A stretch of 64,000 bases of DNA from Clostridia bacterium. GTDB lineage: Bacteria > Bacillota > Clostridia > Christensenellales > UBA1242. The stretch lies in contig JAFVEA010000009.1 in NCBI GenBank assembly GCA_017478185.1, positions 370,527 through 434,526 on the forward strand. Direction: 5' to 3'. Shown here one piece after another: positions 1 through 10,881 of the stretch. How positions within the stretch are numbered: position 1 is the first letter of the stretch; every line of letters begins with the position of its first letter. The notes under the pieces were generated by a model. The model searched no databases, was not told the DNA's origin, and saw nothing but the letters and a program-made list of their open reading frames with translations. Position numbers and translations under genes: made by a program.

Positions 1-3000
1 ATTGACTCAGACAAAACCGAATTTTCCTATACATGGTTTTCTGGGACAGGTGAAAATGAAATAACAGATTTTTCAATAACTCCAACAAAGCTTGTTAACG
101 AATATGATGTTTTTAATACAATAAAAGATTATTATTATTATAATTTATCAGCAACAATTTCAGTTCCAAAAGCTTATAGTGTTTTAAGTACTGTTTATAA
201 TTCTAATGGTGAAATTGGTTATGCAAATAATATTTATGGCTTTAGAATTGATGCAAATGAATTAGAAAAATATAAATACATAATTTTATCACTAGAAAGT
301 GAAAAAACTGGTGATAACGCTTCTGACATAACCACTTATTATGTTGTTTGGTTTAACACAACAACAGGTGAAACAAAAGCAAAACAAATTGTTTTGGAGA
401 CGAGTGATATTAATCTTTATCAATCAGGAACCTCGCAACCTAGCTATAATTTTGTTAAATCAGTTTCAGCTGAAATAGGATTAGGAGAAGTTTATAAAAA
501 CACAACACTAACAAACATTAATTTGCCTTTGAAATTAAACCAAGTTGTGACTGATGGCAATTTCAAAACCCCATCCGAAATAAAGTTTACATTAAGCATT
601 TTAAATAGTTCAGCCAAAGACGAAAAAGCAATAAAACATAATGTTAAGCTTCAAACTCCACAAATAACTGGCGCTAAGTTTGGTTTGCCTGATAAATCAG
701 AAATAACAACATTAACTCCAGAAAATGAAGGCAGCGTTTCATTAACTTTAACAATAGGAAATGTTCAAAACGCCACAAAGTTTAAAGTTGTTTACAGCAT
801 TTCAAGAAAAAATGAAAAAAATGAAAAAGGAGTGGTTCACGCTTTTGGTGTTTTTGAGTTGGATTGCTCAAATTCTAATGATGATTACACATGCGAAGAA
901 ATCATGATAGATGATGAACCAGCATACAAAATAGAAATCCTAAATGATTATTTAAAAACATTAATTGCAAATCTCCCAGGTGAGGTTAGTTTCGCTGTGC
1001 AAGCAATTAGATATAGCGAATATGATAATAGCAGTTATTATGATGATGAAAATTCAGGTATTTACACAAACTTTAAGTTAGGAACAGCACTAAATTCTTC
1101 AATATACACAAACTCTGATTTGTCTTTATACACAAAACAACAAACAATACAAAGAAAGCTTCCAGAAATTCAAATTGCACAGGGTTCTAGCAATGGATTA
1201 TCAATTAGATATGGAACTAACAATGCCGAAATGTTGAAATATGACAAAACTAACAACAGCTTTATGAACATAACAGAAAATAGCGATATTATAACACAGT
1301 TTATGATGTATTTAAATGGTTACAAACCAACTGGTTCTCAAAATGATGAATATTTCTTTGTTGATTTTGATGCAGTTAATGTATATAACACTAATGTATT
1401 AAATTTAACTTATGTTGTTGGAAACAATAATTATTCAGGAACAGAGACTAAATATGCAATTGATAATTCATACTACACAAAGGAAACTGACACCATTAAT
1501 AAAAACATTGATTTATATGACAAGCTTTTTTCAAAAGTTTCAGGAAATTCTCAAACCTTAAACTTTAGCTTGGTTGTAAGTGGTGGTAATGATTATTGGA
1601 TTTCAAGTGAAGCTTTAACATTTAACTTCACATTCTGCAAAAATGTTGAAATATCTGAAGTTTCAATTGCTTCTTTAAAATTTGTTGAAACAGATCCAGA
1701 TACAGATGATCATACAAAGAAAGAAATAGAAGTAACTCCAGCTGATGGCGGACAAAAATATTATAACGGTCGGTTAAAGCCAGATAGCTTAATTATGAGT
1801 ATAACAAACAATACAGATTCTACTAACTATGGAAGCATAACTGGTTATGATGTAACCATAGCAGTTAAAAATGTTAACAATATTACAACAGAAACACCAA
1901 TCATTGATGTTCAAAGCACTACAGTTGATTGGGTAAAAAATAACGCAATTAGTGGTTATATCAACAACTGGACGGCTGGGCAAGAATTAACATTCACTCT
2001 AAGGCCATATTATAAAGTTGGTGGAGAAGGTGGAGAAAAAGTTTATGGGCAAGTATATACAGCAGACACCATAACACTAACATCAAAACTAACAAACTTA
2101 AGAGATTTAGGCAATATTACCATAACACAAACAAACTTCACAGATGATTCAACATGGGGAGTTACTTTTGCAAATGGTGCTTTTGCTGGAATTGATAAAT
2201 ATTCAAACAGCGGTTGGGTATTAACTCTTTATGATATAAATGAAAATCAACTGCGTGATAAGATTGGACATAATTCATCATATAATATTTTTGACGCCGT
2301 TTATGAGCAAAATTTAAGCGAAAATCTCTTAGCAGGTTTGCAAAGTTTGTTAAGTAATGCTAATATATCAAGAGAAGAGGGAACATACACTTATAAAATA
2401 AAATATCGACTTAAAGGTATTGAATCAAAAATCGCCGGTGGTGGTGAATCTAAGTTTTTTACAGTAACTTACAAAATTGATAACAGCAACAATTATTATG
2501 TAGAAAGTGCCAAATTAAACATTCAAAACAATGATAACACAAATGTGATTTCAGACAGTTCAAGTGCTGAGTTAAGTTTTAAAGTAAATCAAAACAACGC
2601 ATTGAGCGAAAGCAAGAAAATTACATCAATAGAAGTTAAAGTGAATGACAGTCTTATAAAAACAATCACAAACATTAGTGGCACTATTTCAGTTGATTTA
2701 ACAAACATTTTGCGGGCAGATAAAAATTTAAGTCGCAATAAAATAGAAATTTATGCAGTATTAAGAGGTGGTGCGCAAGTTTTATGTGCAACATTAAATA
2801 GCACTTCAGAAGCAAATAATGGAGCCAAAAGCGGAGCCATAACAGTTGTTCAACAAAGCGGAAACGCTGGTTGGACTCCAAACATTGCAAGAGAACCTGC
2901 TTCAAAACCAGATTATAACTCTAAGAGTGGCAAATTTAGCTTTAAACTTAACAATTATTATAATAATGACAGTGGTTTAACTGCCGAATTTGGACTTGAG

Positions 3001-6000
3001 GTTATTTGGGTGGATTATGAAACTTATCAATCATCATCAAAACCAACAGACTTTGATGAAGTTCAACAAACTTTTGGAAGAGGAGATTCAAGCACTTATA
3101 AATATATAAAAGATGATAATTGGAAAGAATATAACAAAAATGGCACTGGAACTTATACACTTTCAACAACAACAATTAAAAGCAATAACGATTTGTTGCC
3201 ATATGGTCAATCTTATGGAGTATATTTCTTTAGAGTTAATATTCATGAAACCAGCAATTTAGGATATTTAAGTCATAATTTGTTTACTATTTCAGAGACT
3301 AATGACATCTCAGCTCAAATAGAAAACATAAAATTAGACGTAGTGGGAAATAGCGATGTTAACACATCAGCAATCCTTAGCTTTGATTTCTTGGGCGGAA
3401 CCAGAAAAACAAATAGTATTGTCTACACTTATAAAACAATTCGTGTAAGTGTTACAAATTCAGATTCAAGCAATAAGTTTATTTATGACATCACTCCTGA
3501 GCGAGTTGTTCAAAAATCATATAGTGTTGATTTAACAAATGTTTTGTTTGCGGATAACCTTTTGGATAGTAACTTAGCCTCCATAACAATTTCCGTATTA
3601 AATAAAGACAATAACAATAGTTCTATAAGAATTAAAAAAATAACCAACGGAAGTGAAGTTACAACATTCGTTACAAATGTAACAAAAGACTACATCCCAG
3701 TTTATATAAATGGTTCAGACACAGCAAGCTTTATGTTAAACAATGGTAATTTTGTTTGGAAGCCATACATAACACAAGGCTCAGACATAACGCAAAACAC
3801 AGATAACTTTATATTAAACTTTAACCAATATTATGCGTCAGACTCAAGATTAACAACCACAATTCCTCAATTTAAGCTTTATGTTGTTAGATTTGATCAC
3901 AACACATACCAAGAATTAAGCAACAAGCCTACAAGTTATAATGCAGCATTTAGGTCTTCTAAGGCTTATAAAGGGGATTACGAGCAATCAGAATTTGGGA
4001 CATCATCAGTTTTAATATTTAACAAGACAAAAACAGACGCTTATAATTTGAGTTTAGAAAACTTAACAACTTTGTTTAAAAACATTGATGCAAGCAATCT
4101 TTTGTTAAATGGAAAGCTCAGTGGGCAATATTTCATAAAAATAACTTTGGTTGACAAAAGCGGTTCTGGCTATGTTGAAAACACCGTTTATGAAACACAA
4201 ACTTCAGGCAAAGCTCAGTGGCAAATTTCTGAGTTAAAATTTGTTAATGAAGGCAACATAAACATTGCTTCAAATTTAAGTAGCGTTTCAGCATCCACTG
4301 TTAACAACAGCGCAAACAAATCAGCTTGGGCAAACAATAATGGCAACAACAATATTGTTAAACTTCAGTTTAAAGTTACAAACATAACAGACGTTGATCT
4401 TAGTAAGAGAACAATTTGGCTAAAACATTATTATGGAACATCAAAATCAACAAGTGAGGAAAACAGCTATGTTACACCTGATAAAATAGCTATTGACTCA
4501 ACTAATGTTAATTACAGCATAGTAACTTTGGATTTAACAAATTATTTTGCAGGTTATAAAAACTATTATGGTTTCCACCAATTTGCCGTTGTTATTGATG
4601 GCGATGGTGAAAATGTTGACAAAACCCAAAGCTCAAAACAAAGTGATGTACTCATAAATTATGTGAAACTTAACAATTTGGATGCCTTTTCTTGCCAAAA
4701 AAATGGAAGCACTTTAAAGATTAATTATAGTTGGAAGTTCACAAAAACTAGCAATGACACTTTAAAAGCAGCTTTCACAGTAACAGGAAGTGCAAACAAA
4801 ATAGCAGATATTTCATTAAGTTATGGAACTCAAACATATTCAAGCAGTGTTTCAATCGCTTTAAGTGACAACACCACTTATGATTTTGAGGGATATATTG
4901 ATGCAAGCAATATGACCATAAATGGCTTTAACTTCTTTATTAACTCAAACAAAAGCTCTTGCAGTTATATGAACTCAACTGGCTATAATGCCCCAGCAAG
5001 CTTTTCAATCGCAGCTAAAAATCTTGTTGTTGAGGATTCAGGTGTGCAAGATTCTGATGACACATATTATAACTTGAATTTAAGCATAAACACATCAACT
5101 TGCGCTAAAAAGGTTACAGAAAATGTTGTTGACAGCTCTAGCTCTACTAAAACGGCTTGGAAATACTACAACATGACAGGCGTGAACAGCACAAACGAAA
5201 ATGATTTCCGCTACGTTATTCTACAATTTACAAACACCACATTACAAAAAACAAGATATTTCCTTATTTGGTATAATTCATCAACAAAAGTTTGTTATTA
5301 TAGAATGATTAATTCAGCTCCAACCGAATTTACAAACAATAGTGTAAAATATTATGAGTTCTCAAACTCAAAACCTAGCGGAGAAACCACAACAGACAAA
5401 ATAACTTATCAAGATTCAACATTAACATTTACAAACTTTGGCTTGCCTTTAAATCAAGTTGTATCAAACCCAAAAACCCCACAAACAGTTGAATTTACGG
5501 TGAAATGTTTTAGTGAACAAAAAGATATTGCCGATAAATCAACACCAAAAACATACACAGTTTATCATCACGTTCAACTTAAAACTCCAGAAATAAGCGC
5601 TAAGTTTGGTGAGCTTTCATATGCTGGAGCACAGCCATACATAACATACAACAGCACAAGTGGCATTACATTAACTTTAACAATAGGAAATGTTTTAAAC
5701 GCAACAAAGTTTAAAGTTGTTTATAATGTTGACAGAAATAGTTCTGTTTATAGTGGTGTTTTTGAGTTGGATTGTTCAAGTCTTTCAAAATCAGGAACAC
5801 AATACACAGTTGCAGTTGATAAGTCATATTTAAAAGCATTAATTGACAATCTCCCAGGTGAGGTTAGTTTTGCTGTGCAAGCAGTTGGAAGCTTGGATAA
5901 TGAAATTTATTATAACACCAAAACAAGTGGCATTTACACAGACTTTAAGTTAAATTCAAATTTAAAACAAGCACATTATGTTAACTCTGCTTTATCTGAA

Positions 6001-9000
6001 ACCACAGACCCTCAAACAATTAAGATGAAGTTAAAAACTCCAGAAAATGATCAAATTTTGTTTAGAGCTAATGGCACTAATTTAAGTGGAGCAAATATAA
6101 TAGGAGGAACTGTGCAAGAATCATTCTATCTATTCCTAAAAGAGTATGCTGGAAATGGATTTAAAGATGGGCCATATAAAGTTGATGTAACAATAAAAAA
6201 TGGAAATAGCACCATAGAAACAATAACTTATTATTCTGGAAATACAACAGAAACAAACAGAATAGATCAAGATTTAAGTCCAACCTATAACACCAATTTG
6301 TATAGTTTGTTAGAGTCAAAAATTTCATCAAACTCTCAAGAATTAAAATTTACGTTAACTATAAGCTTTGATGATAATTATTATATTCAAAGTGAATCAG
6401 CTTCTGTTGACTTCACTTTCTACAAAAAAGTCACAAATAGTTTTGATTTTAAACTTGGTAATATGGAATTTGGGGAGGATGAAGTAGAGACAGGAACTGG
6501 TTTACTAAGTGTTAGCAAGTTAAATCTTTCTCTAACGGGTGAAATCAGTTCATTAACGCAATATGATGTAAAAATAGAAAATGAAACAGACGATAAAACC
6601 ATAACAGTTGAAAAGGACTTGAGGGGCAGCCTACCAACAGACATAAATTTAATAGGTATTTTGAGATTTAAATCTTCAGAGTTTAACTATTGGGCTCCTG
6701 GGCAAACACTAAAAGTTACTGTAACTCCTTATTTTAACGGCAAAAAAGCTGAAGATAAAGCTGTTACAAAAACCTATACAACCAAATCAAAACTCACAAA
6801 TACACGTGATCTCACCGCAACCTATGATGGTTCATCAACATTAGAAATGGCTAATGGGTTTGATGATATTAAAGAAGATTATTGTAACGAATGGTTATTA
6901 GAGATAGATGGTGTAGGTAAAATAACAATAGAAAAAGCGTTTACTTTAACAAATTTAACAGAGGCTATAAAAACCAAAATAGGTAGAAACATATATGCTA
7001 AATCATATAATATAAGATATCAGCTATTCAGTTCAAATGAGAATATTGCAGATAGTGAATGGAGCGCTTTGTATCAATTAACAAGAGCATCCAACACATC
7101 AGGCGGCGGTTCAGGCTCAAGCACAGGCAGCGGTTCAGGCACCACAACAGGTGATGAAGGCTTTACAGTTGTTTATAATAAATCCAATGCAAGGGTTGAC
7201 ATACAGCCAAACGATGAAAACAATTTTGTAGGCGAAAATGGTTGGACATATAATGTTTATTTATTGCAGAAAAAGGTTTCAAGCGTTTCTGAAAGCAATG
7301 TAGAGTATGAAACTGGAAGCTATAATGATGGAAATGTTTATTATCAACAAAGCAAATCAAAAGCATCAAATCTCCTTCAAGAAGGTGAAGTATATACTCA
7401 TGAGGCTTATACTTGTATTAATGTTGACTTTAAATACGTTGAAGCACTAAATTTAACTTTATCAAACAGCACTTTTGCAAAATTGGTTTGCGAGGAGGAA
7501 TATGATTATGATATTGGTGATTTGGGCCTAGTTTTAAACAACACCAAATTATCCACTCTTGGCAATGCAATGGCAAATGGCTATGCTTATGTTGGTTTGG
7601 GTGCGGGCAATTTGCAACTTGGAAAGAATAAAATTTTGATTTATGTTGACACAGGTGACAAAGACACAAGTTATGAAAAAATTTATGATGTTGATGTAAC
7701 TTTGCCAAGTTCATATTTGCCAAGTGTAACAAACTTAAAATACGAAACAAAAGCAGATTATTACCAAACCTCAGCGCATCAGTATGGGGAATATGATTAT
7801 ATGGATGATGATAATCTAACAAAACTTACTTATATTCATAATAGTATAACTGATACTCAGTTATCTACAAATAGTGAGGATATGGCAAATTATAATAATT
7901 TATATCCTGATAATAAAGCACAATATGATAACATAAAAGCATATGCAGATAAATATTCTAACCCAATTGGTATGAATTTAACATATCGTGTAAAAGTAAA
8001 TTTTGATGTTACTTATAAATTCTCTTTAGAAAAAATAACATTTGATATAAACTATAACAACACGGTTTCATTAAATTCATTATTTAATCGAACCCAATCA
8101 GGGAGCACTATAACGCTCACGCCATATGCAATATATGATAAAGACAATCCTCTACAAGCAACCCAAATAACAATAAAACCTCTTTTTGGCGATGCTTTTG
8201 AGGGTTATGGATTACAAGAAAAACCCATAGAGGTATCATACACAACAGACAGTATGTATTTAACAGGCGTTACAAAAGCTCCAACTTATGACGACAACAA
8301 CATTCCAAGTTTTGTATATAAAGCGCCAACTTCACCTTGTAAGGTTGAAGAGGACACATGGTATACGGTTTCTAACCAAACCATAAAAGAAATGAAAATA
8401 ACAGTTACCACTAACTCATATCATGTTTATCATCAATATGAGATTTGGGGTGATGGTTTGCGAACTGAAAGCTTACCAACATTTGACCCAAGCAGTAAAA
8501 TGTGCCAGACAATTTTTAACGATGCATGGAGCGGTAATATAAATGAAGCTGCAGAAATAGCAAACAACTGGCAATCTGTTTATTCAACTTGGGGAGAAAT
8601 ATTGGGTAAACCAGCTGGTTTAAAAATAGCAAAATATAAAGAATATGCACATTACTGGACTTTTTATAACATAACAGTTCAAGAAGAAAATTACACACTT
8701 AAGGATGTTAATGGAAAAACCACAAATGGTAATTTTACAACAGACATAAATTACATACTCACAGGAGATATGGCTGTTACGTATTTAGACAAATATCCAT
8801 TGTCAGTCGTAAATCCTGATAAAAATGTAAAATATATTCAAGGTAATTTAGAGTCTGGTAATATTAATTTTGAAACCATAACAGGTTCTGATGGAAAAGA
8901 ATATAAAGTTGCTTGTTTATATCTACCTCATTATCGTGAAAGTGGTGATCAAGATGCTTATAACATTTCTCATGGTGGCAGATGTGTGCCAACAAGTGTG

Positions 9001-9084
9001 ACATGTACAAATAAAAACAAAGATGGTGGAGATGAAACCTTAAAAAAGAGAAACGAAAACTTGTTAACATGGTATTTTGGTTAA
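1..9084 (+). CDS. giant N/T/S/Y-rich putative secreted/surface protein, 5'-truncated by the window edge (at least 3027 aa in window)
   Basis: Frame 1 has no stop from nt 1, so the track's start at 394 (a TTG) is internal. Stop codon at 9082-9084. It contains a large internal duplication, a GGGSGSSTGSGSGTTTG linker near nt 7100, and no C-terminal TM or sorting motif. A terminator follows at 9123-9151. Confidence 0.85.
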   Translation: MDSDKTEFSYTWFSGTGENEITDFSITPTKLVNEYDVFNTIKDYYYYNLSATISVPKAYSVLSTVYNSNGEIGYANNIYGFRIDANELEKYKYIILSLESEKTGDNASDITTYYVVWFNTTTGETKAKQIVLETSDINLYQSGTSQPSYNFVKSVSAEIGLGEVYKNTTLTNINLPLKLNQVVTDGNFKTPSEIKFTLSILNSSAKDEKAIKHNVKLQTPQITGAKFGLPDKSEITTLTPENEGSVSLTLTIGNVQNATKFKVVYSISRKNEKNEKGVVHAFGVFELDCSNSNDDYTCEEIMIDDEPAYKIEILNDYLKTLIANLPGEVSFAVQAIRYSEYDNSSYYDDENSGIYTNFKLGTALNSSIYTNSDLSLYTKQQTIQRKLPEIQIAQGSSNGLSIRYGTNNAEMLKYDKTNNSFMNITENSDIITQFMMYLNGYKPTGSQNDEYFFVDFDAVNVYNTNVLNLTYVVGNNNYSGTETKYAIDNSYYTKETDTINKNIDLYDKLFSKVSGNSQTLNFSLVVSGGNDYWISSEALTFNFTFCKNVEISEVSIASLKFVETDPDTDDHTKKEIEVTPADGGQKYYNGRLKPDSLIMSITNNTDSTNYGSITGYDVTIAVKNVNNITTETPIIDVQSTTVDWVKNNAISGYINNWTAGQELTFTLRPYYKVGGEGGEKVYGQVYTADTITLTSKLTNLRDLGNITITQTNFTDDSTWGVTFANGAFAGIDKYSNSGWVLTLYDINENQLRDKIGHNSSYNIFDAVYEQNLSENLLAGLQSLLSNANISREEGTYTYKIKYRLKGIESKIAGGGESKFFTVTYKIDNSNNYYVESAKLNIQNNDNTNVISDSSSAELSFKVNQNNALSESKKITSIEVKVNDSLIKTITNISGTISVDLTNILRADKNLSRNKIEIYAVLRGGAQVLCATLNSTSEANNGAKSGAITVVQQSGNAGWTPNIAREPASKPDYNSKSGKFSFKLNNYYNNDSGLTAEFGLEVIWVDYETYQSSSKPTDFDEVQQTFGRGDSSTYKYIKDDNWKEYNKNGTGTYTLSTTTIKSNNDLLPYGQSYGVYFFRVNIHETSNLGYLSHNLFTISETNDISAQIENIKLDVVGNSDVNTSAILSFDFLGGTRKTNSIVYTYKTIRVSVTNSDSSNKFIYDITPERVVQKSYSVDLTNVLFADNLLDSNLASITISVLNKDNNNSSIRIKKITNGSEVTTFVTNVTKDYIPVYINGSDTASFMLNNGNFVWKPYITQGSDITQNTDNFILNFNQYYASDSRLTTTIPQFKLYVVRFDHNTYQELSNKPTSYNAAFRSSKAYKGDYEQSEFGTSSVLIFNKTKTDAYNLSLENLTTLFKNIDASNLLLNGKLSGQYFIKITLVDKSGSGYVENTVYETQTSGKAQWQISELKFVNEGNINIASNLSSVSASTVNNSANKSAWANNNGNNNIVKLQFKVTNITDVDLSKRTIWLKHYYGTSKSTSEENSYVTPDKIAIDSTNVNYSIVTLDLTNYFAGYKNYYGFHQFAVVIDGDGENVDKTQSSKQSDVLINYVKLNNLDAFSCQKNGSTLKINYSWKFTKTSNDTLKAAFTVTGSANKIADISLSYGTQTYSSSVSIALSDNTTYDFEGYIDASNMTINGFNFFINSNKSSCSYMNSTGYNAPASFSIAAKNLVVEDSGVQDSDDTYYNLNLSINTSTCAKKVTENVVDSSSSTKTAWKYYNMTGVNSTNENDFRYVILQFTNTTLQKTRYFLIWYNSSTKVCYYRMINSAPTEFTNNSVKYYEFSNSKPSGETTTDKITYQDSTLTFTNFGLPLNQVVSNPKTPQTVEFTVKCFSEQKDIADKSTPKTYTVYHHVQLKTPEISAKFGELSYAGAQPYITYNSTSGITLTLTIGNVLNATKFKVVYNVDRNSSVYSGVFELDCSSLSKSGTQYTVAVDKSYLKALIDNLPGEVSFAVQAVGSLDNEIYYNTKTSGIYTDFKLNSNLKQAHYVNSALSETTDPQTIKMKLKTPENDQILFRANGTNLSGANIIGGTVQESFYLFLKEYAGNGFKDGPYKVDVTIKNGNSTIETITYYSGNTTETNRIDQDLSPTYNTNLYSLLESKISSNSQELKFTLTISFDDNYYIQSESASVDFTFYKKVTNSFDFKLGNMEFGEDEVETGTGLLSVSKLNLSLTGEISSLTQYDVKIENETDDKTITVEKDLRGSLPTDINLIGILRFKSSEFNYWAPGQTLKVTVTPYFNGKKAEDKAVTKTYTTKSKLTNTRDLTATYDGSSTLEMANGFDDIKEDYCNEWLLEIDGVGKITIEKAFTLTNLTEAIKTKIGRNIYAKSYNIRYQLFSSNENIADSEWSALYQLTRASNTSGGGSGSSTGSGSGTTTGDEGFTVVYNKSNARVDIQPNDENNFVGENGWTYNVYLLQKKVSSVSESNVEYETGSYNDGNVYYQQSKSKASNLLQEGEVYTHEAYTCINVDFKYVEALNLTLSNSTFAKLVCEEEYDYDIGDLGLVLNNTKLSTLGNAMANGYAYVGLGAGNLQLGKNKILIYVDTGDKDTSYEKIYDVDVTLPSSYLPSVTNLKYETKADYYQTSAHQYGEYDYMDDDNLTKLTYIHNSITDTQLSTNSEDMANYNNLYPDNKAQYDNIKAYADKYSNPIGMNLTYRVKVNFDVTYKFSLEKITFDINYNNTVSLNSLFNRTQSGSTITLTPYAIYDKDNPLQATQITIKPLFGDAFEGYGLQEKPIEVSYTTDSMYLTGVTKAPTYDDNNIPSFVYKAPTSPCKVEEDTWYTVSNQTIKEMKITVTTNSYHVYHQYEIWGDGLRTESLPTFDPSSKMCQTIFNDAWSGNINEAAEIANNWQSVYSTWGEILGKPAGLKIAKYKEYAHYWTFYNITVQEENYTLKDVNGKTTNGNFTTDINYILTGDMAVTYLDKYPLSVVNPDKNVKYIQGNLESGNINFETITGSDGKEYKVACLYLPHYRESGDQDAYNISHGGRCVPTSVTCTNKNKDGGDETLKKRNENLLTWYFG
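331..2130 (+). repeat. internal protein module, copy 1, of the giant ORF (approximate bounds)
   Basis: The protein stretch YYVVWFNTTTGE...LTLTIGNVQNATKFKVVY...GVFELDCS...LPGEVSFAVQA...SKLTNLRDL is collinear with the copy at about 5250-6830. Short nucleotide islands are near-identical: 742-795 vs 5671-5724, 847-871 vs 5765-5789, and 971-1005 vs 5849-5883. Confidence 0.75.
5250..6830 (+). repeat. internal protein module, copy 2, of the giant ORF (approximate bounds)
   Basis: RYFLIWYNSSTK...LTLTIGNVLNATKFKVVY...GVFELDCS...LPGEVSFAVQA...SKLTNTRDL is collinear with copy 1, about 4.9 kb downstream. Confidence 0.75.
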
Positions 9085-9122
9085 AATATTTTGATTACAT
9101 TTGTTTAATCTATTTAAAAAAC

Positions 9123-9151
9123 AAAAAATCAAGGGATTCCCTTGATTTTTT
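9123..9151. terminator. bidirectional intrinsic terminator between convergent genes
   Basis: AAAAAA-TCAAGGGA/TCCCTTGA-TTTTTT hairpin flanked by an A-run and a T-run. Confidence 0.7.
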
Positions 9152-9165
9152 ATATTAAAATAATT

Positions 9166-10881
9166 TTAAAGGCTATGAATCAAATCATCAGTTAAATTTT
9201 GTGCAACTTCTTTAACACTTTCTGAAGCGTTTAGGGCACTATCAACAAAGCTTTGAATCAAACTTAGCTTATCTGTTTTAACGCTATCAGCCGCTTGAAC
9301 GCCGAGTGCGATTAAATCATTGTCTAACCCCAAAGTGTTTGATTGCAAATTTAAAATTTCTTTTGTGGCATCACTGTTAATTTGTTCCACTTGTTTTAGA
9401 TAATCTTCTTGCAAAACGTCTATATCATTTTTAATTTCTTTTATTTGGCTTGCATAAGGCTCTCCTAAATCATCACAATAAGAATCAAAGATATATTGCT
9501 CTGAATAAACTGGATTTTTTTCATAATAAGAAGATTTCATATAATCACCACTCAAATCACGCACCGTTATATCATTATATAATGTTAGGTGTTCACCATC
9601 ATGTATTAGGTATTCTTGAATAAAATCTAAATCAACTTTTTCTGGCATTTTTTCTTCATCATAAGATATAACAACATATTCATAAGGTTTTCCGCTTATC
9701 ATGTGATAGAATTTGCCTTCTTCAGGATTGGTAATCTTACGAAGTTCTAAATACATATCGTTATCTATAAAATCTTGAACGCTTTTAAAATGCTTAAATG
9801 TTAAATCAATGCCATATTTTTCATAAAGGTTTTTTGTGTAGTCTTCAACATGTTCATTAAAATAATCTTCAATTTTTTGAGTGTTTGCCATTAGCTCATT
9901 TTCTACAGCATTTAGGCGTCTTATATGAAATGCCCCAGTGCTTTCATTGGGCAACTTATCAAACCCCATCCAAGATTTAACATTTGCATATGCTGTATAG
10001 CCAGAAGCTTCTTCTATTGCATCAACTGATTGAATTTTTGTTGCAACTTCAGCGTTAAGCTGAGCGCTTAACTCATCAATTTGTTGTTGAGCTTTTGTTG
10101 TTATTTCTAAAGCTTGTGTTTGATAGTCTTTTGAAGCAATTAAGTTTTTGAATGCCTCACTGTTTTCATCAACCCCTTCAACATAACATTTTTGGGTGTC
10201 AACCTCATTTGTTGGTGGAACAGAAGCTGTGGTATAATTTGAAAAACTAGGCCCTTTTCCGCCGCCGAGATCTGGCAAATTTATGTTTGGCAAACCAAAT
10301 TTATCGCCAAGTGTTGTGTATGCCCCAAAAGCGCCAGCGCCAATTGCGCAAACTATAGCTGCGGCAAGTAGTTTTTTGTTTGTGCCTTTTTTTGCAGCAG
10401 TTTGGTAATCAGTTGCTGTGGTTGGAGTTTTTGCGTTAGCTTTAGGTGGAGTTGGTATGCCTGCTAAAGACATTGCAATAAACGCATTTGGTGTTGTTGG
10501 TGTTTTTAATGTTTTTGGCATTTCCATTCCAAGGTTTGTCGAAAGCTTTGAAAATTCGTTTAAATTTTGCTTATTAGGGCTGTCTAAAAATTTTTGTAAG
10601 TTTTGGATATAATTATTATAAGTTTTTTGGTCTTTTGCTTCCAGCCTTTCCAAACGATTTATGGTTTTTTCTAATTGTTCTTTTGTTATTTTTAAACCTT
10701 TAAAAGTTTTTAATGCTTCATCAATTTCAGAATTTCTTTGGTTTTCTGCTTCTTCAACAATTTGGTGTATTTTTTTCATTTTTTTGTTGTTTTGATGTTG
10801 TTTTAGCCCAACCATAACAACGCCAGCTGGGTGAACTAAAGGTGATTTTTCAAGAATTTCACTTATTTTGTTGGTATTCAT
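9166..10881 (-). CDS. hypothetical single-pass membrane protein with coiled-coil regions (571 aa)
   Basis: AAGGAG sits 7 nt upstream of the ATG. One TM segment (LLAAAIVCAIGAGAFGAYTTL) lies near aa 180, with a K/E/Q-rich heptad-like N-terminus and C-terminus. No family recognised. Confidence 0.75.
   Translation of the reverse strand: MNTNKISEILEKSPLVHPAGVVMVGLKQHQNNKKMKKIHQIVEEAENQRNSEIDEALKTFKGLKITKEQLEKTINRLERLEAKDQKTYNNYIQNLQKFLDSPNKQNLNEFSKLSTNLGMEMPKTLKTPTTPNAFIAMSLAGIPTPPKANAKTPTTATDYQTAAKKGTNKKLLAAAIVCAIGAGAFGAYTTLGDKFGLPNINLPDLGGGKGPSFSNYTTASVPPTNEVDTQKCYVEGVDENSEAFKNLIASKDYQTQALEITTKAQQQIDELSAQLNAEVATKIQSVDAIEEASGYTAYANVKSWMGFDKLPNESTGAFHIRRLNAVENELMANTQKIEDYFNEHVEDYTKNLYEKYGIDLTFKHFKSVQDFIDNDMYLELRKITNPEEGKFYHMISGKPYEYVVISYDEEKMPEKVDLDFIQEYLIHDGEHLTLYNDITVRDLSGDYMKSSYYEKNPVYSEQYIFDSYCDDLGEPYASQIKEIKNDIDVLQEDYLKQVEQINSDATKEILNLQSNTLGLDNDLIALGVQAADSVKTDKLSLIQSFVDSALNASESVKEVAQNLTDDLIHSL

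Noticed and set aside
7430-7822. 130-aa antisense ORF, plus other 60-75-aa antisense ORFs, inside the first giant gene.
   Set aside because: These are shadow ORFs opposite a long, clearly coding frame. Their H/C/L/F-rich nonsense composition and lack of an RBS argue against real genes.
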